Origin: Cercozoa sp. M6MM | Taxonomy: Eukaryota; Protista; Endomyxa: Ascetosporea | NCBI GenBank assembly: GCA_040357565.1 | Contig: JBDODJ010000050.1 | DNA length: 64,000 bases | Strand: one strand, 5' to 3' | In this document: one piece after another, positions 12,028-24,391 of the stretch | Layout: every line of letters starts with the position of its first letter | Numbering within the stretch: position 1 is the first letter of the stretch | The notes under the pieces: model-generated | Told to the model about the DNA's origin: nothing | The model's input: only the letters and a program-made list of their open reading frames with translations | Databases searched by the model: none | Translations under genes and position numbers: made by a program

Positions 12028-15000
12028 ACACGTTAATGTATAGAGCTAACAAGAAAGGCACCCACTGGCGCCACGCGACATGATGCGCCGCCATTCCGTG
12101 TCGGCGTGCAACTCGGCTGCCGCCACATCTGCACACGATACACGAATTAAACTGGCACAAAATAAAAAGCTGAAAGCACAGGGTACCACGTGCATCGTGC
12201 AACAGCAGAACGAATGCGTCCTTGTGTCGGCTCATTCGAGAGAACAACACCTGCACCAGCCAGATATAAAGTGTGAATTAATTAAAAATGAACAACAACG
12301 CGAAATGGTACGGCTTTCTCAGCCGCAAAGTTCTTCAACAGCTCGCGGAACTGGAGTTCCTGAGACACCAAAACACAAACCGACAATGTGGAACAAACCT
12401 CAACAGAGGAAAGTTACAGCCTTCTGATCGATTTCAGACAGGTGCTCCTTTGGCTTCTGCTCGAAAGCACAAAATATTCAAGTCACTCGATACAGACGCA
12501 CTTGCACTCAGGCACAAATTTACATAACTTTCGTTGGCGATGGCGTCGCCAAGTCCGAGAATAAGTTGCAAGGCTTTGTGCACATCGTATCTGCAGACAT
12601 GCTGGAGTTTCGAAGGAAAGGATGCCGAATAAAAGACAGAGAATACTGTGCAGCAGTCTTGGACAGCGTCGATCGCAGTCGGTGCTTGTGTTGCACGCGA
12701 TGCTCGATTGGTTTGCTCTTCTGCAACACAACCATGCGTATACACAATGCAAAAAAAAAACAGATGGCAAAACAAACATCGCCAATGATGCGAACGTAGG
12801 TTCCGATCAGCGAGTTGCGCAACTGCTTGTTGTCTTCTTGGCTGCAGCAACAGCAGTGTTTCTAACTTAAAACGGCACAAGGAGCAACATACCCAGGAAC
12901 CTCGAGTTGCGTTTCCAAAAAGTCAACGACAGTTTTGAGCGGCGCGTGTCGCTGCAGGTGCGTCAGAACACGCTCCAGTGGAATTCGCATCGGCACGCGG
13001 TCCTCACCGCAAGTGCCATCGAGAAGCACATCGTCGGCAATGTAAGCCAGAGGCGAATTCGGCGCTGCAATACCAAATTAAAAAAAAATTGAGTTTTTAA
13101 AGAATCCAAAAGCACGCAAGTGCAGGCGACTGCCGTTGAACAGCGACAGCGCAGTATCGGCAAAACCGTCGCGAAGCAACCACTCGCTCTTGCGAAGCAC
13201 CAGTTCGTGGTACCTGAAACAGCAGACTTAAGTCTAGAAAGCAAGAGGAGTGCCGTACGAAGACTCACTCAGGTGTGTCGCACTGCGCCAGCGCTTGCAG
13301 GTACACGACGGAAGCTGTTGCGTCCTGCAAAGCATCGACCAAGCAAGATTGCTCGCCTGTGGCCAACTTGCGCAGCAGGTCGAGTGCGTTCTCGTGCCGT
13401 CCTTGCGCCTTGCACAGCAGCACACTGCACTCTCAACGCAGACACAAAATTAAAACGAGCCCAAGTAGGCAAACAAAGTTGTTCGCATTGCAAACACGAT
13501 TGTTAACTTTGCAAACGCGACTGTTAACATTGCAAACAGGATTGCTCACATGTTGTTCACACTGCAAACAAGATTGCTAACGCTTGAGCAGACAGAAAAT
13601 GCTCACCGGTGGAGTTGATGTGCGTCGCTGCGACTCAGCAGAGCATCGCCAAAGGCCGGATCCACCAGCACTCGCGATGTCTGTTTCGAGTCTGATCAGA
13701 AAGAAAAATGAATCGACGTGAGTGCATGGGGTATCTGGATCAGTTACCACGATGCACAGGCACATTGCCGAGCCAGTCTCTGAAAGACAAGACATAAGTC
13801 AGCGAGCACGTCCGCGCGGATGCCAGAAGATACAACAACATACACAAAAAATAAACATTAATCATACCGAATGCCGCGCAAATCTTGCACTTGGCACATA
13901 GCAAACAAACGCGCACTGTGGATGAGAACACTGTCCCTGCATGCCAACACAGAAAAGGAATAAAACACCCAATCAGTTGCAAAATGAGAGCGTAGATTTA
14001 CTGAGCAGATTTCAGGTGCTTGAGCAAAGCGCGACAGAAATCATTTCGCAGTGTTTCTTGCTGCAAAGGCGACACGTGGTACACATGTCTGCACATCAAC
14101 ACACCACTCAATTTGGCAGCTTTTGAAAACTGGCAAAAGCTATGGTCGAAAGCTTTAAATTGGATGCTTTGACTGAAACAGCTTTGGCTGGAACAGCTTT
14201 GACAGAAAAACGAAGTTACGCACTGACGCCGTCGAAATCAGGAGCAGGCGGCGCAGCATCGCGCAGACGCTGAGGCACGCAGTCGGGCAGAAGAGCACTC
14301 AGCACGTAGCGCAACGTGAGCGGTGATTTGTTTCTACACAAATGTTGCAATAGAACTGAACTGTATAAACCTCATCGAACGAAAGAAAGAGGGAGAAAGG
14401 GAGGGAGTACGGTTGGCACAAGGCGAGTGCTTCATCGAAACGGTGCAGTTTGAGCAGCTCGATGAGTTTGAGTGCACCCAAGTGTAGCAGCAGCATTGAA
14501 TCGACCGACCTGTATTGAGCAAAGGGTAGTTTCGTTACTTAGTCTCCTTGGTTTCGTTGCACAGCAAGGTGACAAAGCAAGGTGAGAAGGCAAGGTGTAC
14601 TGATCCTTCGCGCGAGCAGCAGCGTCGTAGAGATCGAGGGCACAGCGCACACAAGGCAGGTCGCGTCGCGCCGGCGGAATACTGGCCAGTTGGAGAATCT
14701 GCGAGCGCAGCGAACGCGGCGTGAGTGCCCACACACTCGTGTCCGAGTGCAGTAGCACCATGCCGGGTGCGTTCTCACCTGGAGGTTTCACACTCTCGAG
14801 TTTCGTGACGATACCAGAGTTTAAAACGGTACCGTAGAACATGCGATTGGCGTTGGCAGATAGCGACACGTTGTGTGATAAGGCTTGGCCCTTGGTATGA
14901 AAAGATAGAGTGCAACTGGTCAAGTTAGTTACGTAAGAACTGCATGGGTACCAGATCGATACGTTGCAGCACAACACTGGTGTCCTCGTGCTTCAGCACA

Positions 15001-16549
15001 ACTTCGACGCAGCTGTTTTTGTGACTGCTTCTGGACCTGTACACAGCACACAGGTGACCGAGAGTCAAGCAGATGTGGAGTCCACGCGGAAGTGTGCGTT
15101 ACCGCGAGGGCTGGTAGTCGCCGCTGACGCCGACGCCGAGCACGAAGGGAAAGGCCGAGGCGACGGCCACGACCTCGCTCGTGAAGGCGACGGTTTTCTC
15201 CTCGGACGCGTTGGGTGACACCACGTGTCCTGCAGACAGGCTTGTTCGACAGTTGTCGTTTAGGTAGTAGGGTAGGTAGTGGGATAGGTAGTAGAGTAGG
15301 TGGTAGAGTAGGTAGTAGGGTAGGTGGTAGGGTAGGTAGTAGGGTAGGTGGTAGGGTAGTAGGCGGTATACCCAAGGCACACTGCGCGGATGAGTCGTGC
15401 ATCAGGAGGATCTGACCGCCTGGCAGTGCGCACATCGGCGGCTGTCGCCATGTCTTCTTCGGAGGCTGGGGAGGGGGAATAAGATGGGTGGGGGGGGATG
15501 GGGGGTAAATACGGCGAAATGCGCAGTGGCGTGCCCCGTCGACATGTCGACGAGATTGTATTCGCGTTGATACGCCACGCACAGTGAACTACACGAACAA
15601 ACTGGTCCATATCCAGTCCATGTCCAGTCTGTACCTGTACAAATGGACACAATTTGGACATAAATTGTACCGACTCGAAAAACACAATCCGCGCGGTTTC
15701 TCTGGCTGCATTTGCTCCGAGTTCTCCAGTTCCTTTGGGAGGGTAACAGGGGGGTAAACAGGGGGGTAAACAGGGGGGTAAACAGGGGGGAAAAGGGGCA
15801 AAGAGGGGCCAGAGGTAAAGAGGGGGTAGAGAGGGGGGTAAAGAGGGGGGTAGAGAGGGGGTAAAGCCTACAACAGCAGCCTGCATGTCCTCCTTCCACG
15901 AGAACATGTTGACACGCCGCTTGTGCGCCACGCAGATCAGCAGGGTGCCCTTCCTGGGGAGGGGGTAAGATGGGGGGTAAGATGGGGGTAAGGTGGGGGT
16001 AAGATGGGTGAGGTGAAGGGTGAAGGGACGAGGGTAAAGGGCAGGCACCGATAGGACATGGTGCTGAAGAGGTGCGCGTCCTTGGTGCGGCCGATCTGAC
16101 ACACGAGCTCGAGCGACGGCAGCTGGTGCACGCGCACGAAGGTGTTGCGGTCGCTGCGACTGTCGGCCAGCGTGAAGAGCAGGTCAGCACCCTCGACTGC
16201 CTCGACGTGCAGCATCTGCTTGTGGAACATGTTGCGATTCTCGGCCAGCACACGGCCCTGCTTGCTCAGCATGCGCACGCAGCCTACACATCACTACCGA
16301 TCCATCACTGATCCATACAACGATCACATCGACTCCCCCTGAAGCAATCAAACCGTCCGAAAACGCTATCACGGCATTCTCCTTCCACACCGTGGCACAC
16401 AACACCTTGCCCCAGCCAGCTGCACACACAACGTATGACACATACTAGTGTTGCATACCAGTGCTACTCATTGACTTACGGTGTGTGTCCTTGTCCAACA
16501 ACGTGTGCGTTGTGAACACTTCGTGCCGCAGCAGATGCCGCGTGCTCAT
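11153..16549 (-). CDS. VPS39: Vps39/Vam6 (TGFBRAP1 family) HOPS/CORVET subunit, multi-exon
   Basis: N-terminal CNH-like exons (LHVEAVEGADLLFTLAD...VRVHQLPSLE, LLICVAHKRRVNMFSW); IELLKLHRFDEALALC; C-terminal zinc finger VCEKRIGRAAFAFFPNG-VICHYLCMNKGKSVCPVTG; TAG at 11153-11155. Confidence 0.85.
15261..16040. repeat. Intronic G-rich tandem repeats in Vps39 (C-rich on the sense strand)
   Basis: 12-mer GGGTAGGT(A/G)GTA at 15261-15365, GGGGGGTAAACA at ~15745-15865 and GGGGGTAAGAT at ~15955-16040. Confidence 0.9.
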
Positions 16550-16880
16550 CTTTCTCTCGAGCTGTCTCTTTCGCACACACTGAAGTCAATTCACAGAGGA
16601 AAAATGCAAGCCACAGCAGATCATTTCGCACATCAGAAACCAGCATGCATTAAACGCACCCTAGTTCTGCGTCTGCGCAACAAGAAACAACCGGCACACT
16701 GGCACACCAGTCGGGCGCCTCAAAGGGAGAGCGGAACGACGAGTTCAAATTGAAATGTTCATTTCGACGGTCCGTCTGGACATGAATAGCCATAGAACAT
16801 TTTGGACCCTTGCGCCGTGAAGTCCCATAAAGCGTCGCGAGTCCTCTCGGCCCGTGTAGTTGTTACGACCGTTCTTTGAG

Positions 16881-18023
16881 ATGTCGCAGGTGAGTTGTCA
16901 CTTTGTGTTTTCTCTTGTGTCGTTTTGCCGGGAGTGGCTGCTAGCCCAGTGCTCGCGCAACGTGGGCTGGGTGTCTGCACGGCGCGGCACAGGCTGTGTG
17001 TGTGCGCTTGGCGTGGATAGTTTCGTTTGCTAGAGTCTGTGTTTTTTTCTGTTGTGTGAGTTTTTTCGTGATTGTTGTTTGGGAAGTTCGATTGTTTCGC
17101 AACGTCAGTTGCGGTATGCTTGTGGCCGGTGCAGTGCAGTAAAAAATTGTGAACAGGAACAGCCCCGTATCCCGCCGAACGCGCACCACTTCAAGGTCGT
17201 CCTGGTATGTTGTTGCTTTGTCAAATAGATGGTAGGTTGGTCGGTGGTATCTGAGGTCTATGTGTCGTGTGTGCTGGACAGGTCGGCGACGGTGGTGTCG
17301 GCAAGACGACGTTCATCAAGCGTCACCGTACGGGCGAGTTCGAGCGCAAGTACCTGGCGACGATCGGCTGCGAGGTGCGTCAGCTGCCGTTCTGGACGAG
17401 CCTGGGCCCGGTGGTGTTCAACACCTGGGACACGGCCGGCCAGGAGAAGTTCGGCGGTCTGCGCGACGGCTACTACATCAACGGCAACGCCGCCATCATC
17501 ATGTTCGACGTGACGTCGCGACAGACGTACAAGAACGTGCCGACGTGGCACCGTGACCTCTCGCGCGTCTGCCCGGACATCCCGATTGTGCTGTGCGGCA
17601 ACAAGGTCGACATCAAGAACCGCGTCGTCAAGCCCAAGAACATCACGTTCCACCGCAAGAAGCCCAACATCCAGTACTACGATATCTCGGCCAAGTCGAA
17701 CTACGGTAACCTCTTATTCTATACTCTTATTCTATACTCTTATTCTATACTCTTATATATGCATATGTATTATATATGTATACTATATCGATTAGAGATA
17801 CATTATGTATACGGGTATGTGTGAAGGTTTCGACAAGCCGTTCCGCTGGATCCTGCGCAAGCTGTCGGGCAACGACGACGCGCACTTCGTGCAGGAGCCG
17901 GTGCTGCTGGACCCGACGGCCACGGTCGACATGCAGCAGCAGCAGCAGGTCGAGGCCGAGATGCGACAGCGCGACGAGGCCGCCAAGAACCTGCCGCTCC
18001 AGGAGGACAACGAGGACTGGTAG
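16881..18023 (+). CDS. RAN: GTP-binding nuclear protein Ran; exons 16881-16889, 17157-17204, 17282-17705, 17827-18023
   Basis: FKVVL|[46 protein letters not shown] and acidic tail EDNEDW-TAG. The MSQ micro-exon is inferred from ATGTCGCAG|gtgagt. Confidence 0.97.
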
Positions 18024-18540
18024 ATCTCGTGCAGACTCCCGCCTGTCTCTGTGAGACTCGACTCGACTCACTCCTCGAGTTGGCCACTCTGCGCACTCAT
18101 GCGAATTCGCTTTTGTTCAACTTGAGACATCCGATCGGCTTAGTTTCTCACCTTCTTTCATTTAAATCCACTCGCACACTGCAAGAAAACCTACTTAGGC
18201 CAAATTTTTGTGATTTCCGCGCTGGCCTTGAGCGCGAAAATGCGAATGGCATGGATCAGAAAAAGAGCCTGAGGTGCTTGGTCAGCACAATACTTGGTTC
18301 ACCAAAACAGTGAACACCAAGAGCGCCGAGCAGTTCACTTGATGAGTGAAATGGGGCTACGATTCCTTTCTGGGAATAGCCGAGGGCTTGATATGCAGCC
18401 ATTATGTAATGCAGCGCGGCTGTTGCGTCCTTCAAAGACAAAGAAACTGTACAATGAATAATTTGTTATCGATTTCATAAGAAAAAACAACAAAACGAAA
18501 AATGAGCGCCGGTTCGCTCCGCCGATTTCAAAAGAAGATC

Positions 18541-18556
18541 ACACTCTTTCTTTTAC
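18541..18556 (+). promoter_or_regulatory. TCT/5'TOP-like pyrimidine initiator upstream of RPL41 copy A
   Basis: ACACTCTTTCTTTT; a similar ACACTCTTTT lies upstream of RPS9. Confidence 0.4.
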
Positions 18557-18667
18557 CCGACGTGCACTGTTGGTGGGTTCACTAGTGTGCTTATGTGGCA
18601 TCGCGTGTGTCTGGCTGCACTATTCGCTGCTTGTGCAATTTATTTTTTGCTTTTGTGCGCAGCCAAC

Positions 18668-18745
18668 ATGCGCGCCAAGTGGAAGAAGAAGCGTATGCGC
18701 CGTCTGAAGCGCAAGCGCAGATTGCGCCGCGCTCGTTCGGGCTAG
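18668..18745 (+). CDS. RPL41: Ribosomal protein eL41/eS32, copy A (25 aa)
   Basis: MRAKWKKKRMRRLKRKRRLRRARSG-TAG; too short to appear in the ORF track. Confidence 0.97.
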   Translation: MRAKWKKKRMRRLKRKRRLRRARSG

Positions 18746-18828
18746 ATGTGAGGTGCTCGGATGCGCCGAGCTGGCGGGAGAGGGTGCGATTAACTTATCT
18801 GATTTTTGATTTTTTGTTTTTTGTTGCT

Positions 18829-18894
18829 GTGATGACAACCTTCAGTTCTGCTTCTGAGAAAAACTCATGAAGATATATTACCAGTACTGTCTGA
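18829..18894 (+). ncRNA. SNORD38: Box C/D snoRNA, U38/snR61-like, copy A
   Basis: Box C GTGATGA 18829-18835, D' CTGA 18854-18857, C' ATGAAGA 18867-18873, D CTGA 18891-18894, terminal stem TGTTGC/GTGACA. The D' guide CAGTTCTGCTT is antisense to conserved LSU rRNA AAGCAGAACUG. Confidence 0.88.
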
Positions 18895-19627
18895 GTGACA
18901 TATTCGCGTGTGCAAGCACTGCATTTGTGCATGTTTCGCTCGTGATTACCTACTTTTGTGCTTCCTCAGAGGCGAATCCGCGCCGATTGCCTTCGTTTCT
19001 CGTCGCTTTCGTTTGGCGTGCCTAAGTGTCGTTCGCGTCTAGTTTGTTGAAACCGTTACAGTAATTCCTAAGCGGTGTCCGTTACATTGGCTCGTTGTGT
19101 GATGCACCGAATGCGGAGGGTCGCTTCGTTCATGTTTTCCTACATTTCGCGTTGTTGCTAGTGCACACAAATACGGGCATGGTGGGGTTTTTCGAGGCAA
19201 AATCAGAATAAAAGCCCATTTACCCCTTCACCCCGTACATTTAACAACAGTTTGAGCGCAGTATTTTGAAGGGTTCGGATTTTGCCTCGAAAAACCCACC
19301 GTACCCCACAAATATGGCCAAGAGACTTCTGCGGGATAGATACGGACAAAGCCGAGTACGGCCCAGCAACAACTCACAATGTACAAAACATGAACAGCGA
19401 CAAAACTGAAGAATTTCTTTGAGTTATTCTAATTTATGATCATGCTGTATAATATTTTTGAGTTTTTGGTATTCAGTTTGTAGCAACACAACGTTTTTGA
19501 AGCTAGACAACGACACTTAGGCATGCCGAAGAGACGAGAAAGCAGCCGGCGCGCATTCGCGTCTAAAGAATATCAAAATACACGTGGTAACATAACACGC
19601 ACGTGTAGTTCACACGAAAAATGCAGC

Positions 19628-19693
19628 TCAGACAGTACTGGTAATATATCTTCATGAGTTTTTCTCAGAAGCAGAACTGAAGGTTGTCATCAA
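19628..19693 (-). ncRNA. SNORD38: Box C/D snoRNA, U38/snR61-like, copy B
   Basis: 19627-19692 is the exact reverse complement of 18830-18895 (66 nt). Confidence 0.88.
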
Positions 19694-19784
19694 AGCAAAA
19701 GCAAAAAACCGAAAATACAAGGGATCATAGACGAGATTACCAGCTGACCTTGCCGCCAGAACGACACGCTTGAGCACCTCACAT

Positions 19785-19862
19785 CTAGCCCGAACGAGCG
19801 CGGCGCAATCTGCGCTTGCGCTTCAGACGGCGCATACGCTTCTTCTTCCACTTGGCGCGCAT
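19785..19862 (-). CDS. RPL41: Ribosomal protein eL41/eS32, copy B
   Basis: Exact reverse complement of the copy A CDS, preceded by the same TTTGTGCGCAG acceptor. Confidence 0.97.
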   Translation of the reverse strand: MRAKWKKKRMRRLKRKRRLRRARSG

Positions 19863-20003
19863 GTTTGCTGCGCACAAAAGTTAGGTTGGACAAGCACCGC
19901 CAAAATGGGCTGCAAGCCCCGCACACACGAGACACAGCACACAGCACAAGCACACACAAGCACACAGCGCACAACACACACTGCAATATGCAACGATACG
20001 CAA

Positions 20004-20079
20004 AGATGTGTGCAGCGCACTCAAGAGCAAGCAGCCGAACACACGTCGTGTGTTGACCGCATGCTCAAGGCAGGCACAC
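20004..20079 (-). ncRNA. Candidate structured RNA (H/ACA-like single hairpin) upstream of RPL41 copy B
   Basis: Nested stems GTGTGC/GCACAC, GAGCA/TGCTC, GCGGTC/GGCTGC and AACACAC/GTGTGTT with an internal pocket and a terminal ACA; no target found. Confidence 0.3.
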
Positions 20080-20332
20080 CGAGCGGCAGCCGCAAAAAAT
20101 GGCAAGCGGGAGAAAACACCCAACAAGCCTCAACACGGACCCAACTCAATCAGGTTTGAGCGAACTTACTTAGGAAAAGTCGAAACAAACAAGTTTGTGA
20201 GTGTGGGGGGTTTGTATCTATCTCGTATGGGTCCGGCACTCCGGCGTCTTGCTTCAGTCCAAATGGACGCAAAAATAAGGCAATCAGTTTGACCGGTCGC
20301 AGCGGCACAGCAGGCATAGTGGCAACGTGTAA

Positions 20333-22144
<1,812 letters not shown>

Positions 22145-22981
22145 GTGCGTCTCTATCTAACTCGCATCCGTGACACCCTCGACTGTGCTACTCGACTGGT
22201 CCTAGTACAGTCCGAGTCGGCTGTCCGTGTCGTGTTTTTAGCTTTATCTATTCCGCTAACGTTCCCTCAGTTCGTAGTCTGGTCCTATCCTAAGCAGACG
22301 GTAGACATGACCATGCTTTTCACCTTCAATTTTACATCGTTGGTTTCTTAGTAGTCAAGCCATCCACTTGACTACTCGTCAGCGCGGACGACGCGATCAA
22401 CTGAAATTTGGACCCAATATGGTTATGGAAGGATTTGTTTTGCTAGGTATCTCCTGCGTTTCGTCCTGTGTTGTGCAGACCCGGTTTCCTAGCTTGGGTC
22501 AAGCTTTCTACAGCTCTTGCACTTTACTGCAGGTAGCTCTTCTCCAGCTTCCTTCCACGAAGATTTCAATCTCTTTGCACTTGATACGTTCAGCCGTGAT
22601 AATGCATGGGCTTTGTTAATGGCCTTCTACAAGCCTTCGGGCTATCGAAGACCTGTTTTACAAGGTACAATGAATCTTACAATCCTCCGCGTCTTTCAAA
22701 ACAGGTTGTACTTCCTTTAGCCTTCTTCAATACCTTATACCGTGCCGTAACAGGCTATGGCTTCAGGTTGACCCCGGAGTGAGTCCGGTCCCTCCAGTCA
22801 CGGTGACGTCGGGTTCCTTCACTTGCAGTACTTACAGTAACAGCGTACGTAGTACCAAGTTGGCCTAAAACAGATGTACTGGGGAATCTGAACTTCCGCT
22901 CTTAAATCAGAGGGGGGCTAGGGTGAACAGTTTAGTTGACTGAAACAACTATACAGAAGTATGCCGGGGGGAGGAGGGGGG

Positions 22982-23241
22982 TTAAAGTGCGAGCGACTCG
23001 GAGTGCAGCAGAAGCACGGTGGCCATGAGAGCCATCGCGAGTCGCAGCGACACCGCAAAGCTGCTGTTGGCGTACTGGATCGTGAAGGACAGCGTGCCGG
23101 TGCCGTTGCCAGCACCACCGCCGTCGGAATTCGGGTTGCATACGATCACTTCGGGCGACTGCGCCGTGTGCTCCAGCACGCGGACATTAGGGTGTGCATG
23201 CTATGCGTAGTGGATCACATATGTGCGTCGCATATAAAACT

Positions 23242-23291
<50 letters not shown>

Positions 23292-23420
23292 ACCACCACC
23301 ACCACCACCGGCACAACTAAGTTTACGCAATTGTACCGAGCGACCGTCCAGTGACGAGATGCTCACCGAGCAAGGCATTGTCGCATTCAACTTGATCTGT
23401 CGGGATAGCGGCAAGGAAGT
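22982..23420 (-). CDS. 3' exons of an unidentified gene or fragment with a hydrophobic C-tail
   Basis: GC-rich exon ...SFTIQYANSSFAVSLRLAMALMATVLLLHSESLAL-TAA, preceded by a (TG)n-containing intron at 23243-23310; start not found. Confidence 0.4.
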
Positions 23421-24391
23421 TAGTATGCCAAGCCACTAAACTTAAGAGGTACAGGAAGATCTGTAGCTCGATACATAAAAGTCAGTGTCAGACGTCAGCG
23501 GTGGCTGTCCAACTTTGTCCACGAGATAAACCGGTCTGCACTCGCCTCTGCACTTTTCGGAAGGTTAGCTTCGTCTCAGCAATGTCATTAAATGAAAGAA
23601 CGAGTGATTATTTGCTTACGGTGCAAGTTCGAACACGGGCGAGGTTTTCTGAAGGTGATGATTGGAGGTGCATGTTACGCAGAGGCACTCAGTCAAGGTA
23701 TCGATACCACTGCGTCGGTTGGCTCATCGAGCGCGTAGTCCTCACGCGAGAAACCATTGGGCCCTAAGAAAACAGACGAGCATCCCCTCGGACTTCAAGT
23801 TCCGAAGTTTATATTTATAGGCTAAGTTCAACTTCACATACTGTTCTCGGCTGTCGCAATAGTACACAACTTCAGCACCACCAAGAGCAACATCGTTCTC
23901 ATAAATGACGTTCTTTATCCTGACTTGTATCGCTTCCTACCTTGACGTAAGTTTAGTGTACTACAGCGGTCGAACGGGAGAGAACTGCGTTTCTTCTTCC
24001 CGAGGTCCGAAGACCCAGAGCCCGAGACCCGCAGTTTCAGTCAGTATAAACTGTACTCACTGAATCAAATGTACTAAACTATCAGCGATAGCGCTGGTAC
24101 TGGTGTCTTGGCGAAGGCCACCCACACGACCAGTCACGGTGTCCCAGTTGCAATTTCACTGCGTTCGACTTCCTTCTTTTGGCCGAGCCGAACGGAACAA
24201 ACGAGAAACTGCGGACTGAGAGATTGGCATGTGGGGGCAACATTAAATTTAAACTACATCGCATCATCGCGTCCGTCGGCGACATCATGATCGGTCTGGT
24301 TGGGTCGATCAGGTCGCAGAAACACCCGTAACCCAATCGGGTCCGAGTAGTGTCGTGTGTCGTGTGTGTGATAGAGCGAAATTGAGCGAGA

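Noticed and set aside
17258-17670. Antisense ORFs over Ran (likewise over RPS9, GCDH and POLD3)
   Set aside because: Shadow ORFs expected from GC-rich codon bias.
18830-19692. 66-bp perfect inverted repeat read as transposon TIRs or a MITE
   Set aside because: The repeat has C, D', C' and D boxes and an rRNA guide, and lies within a larger RPL41 duplication; there is no target-site duplication or transposase.
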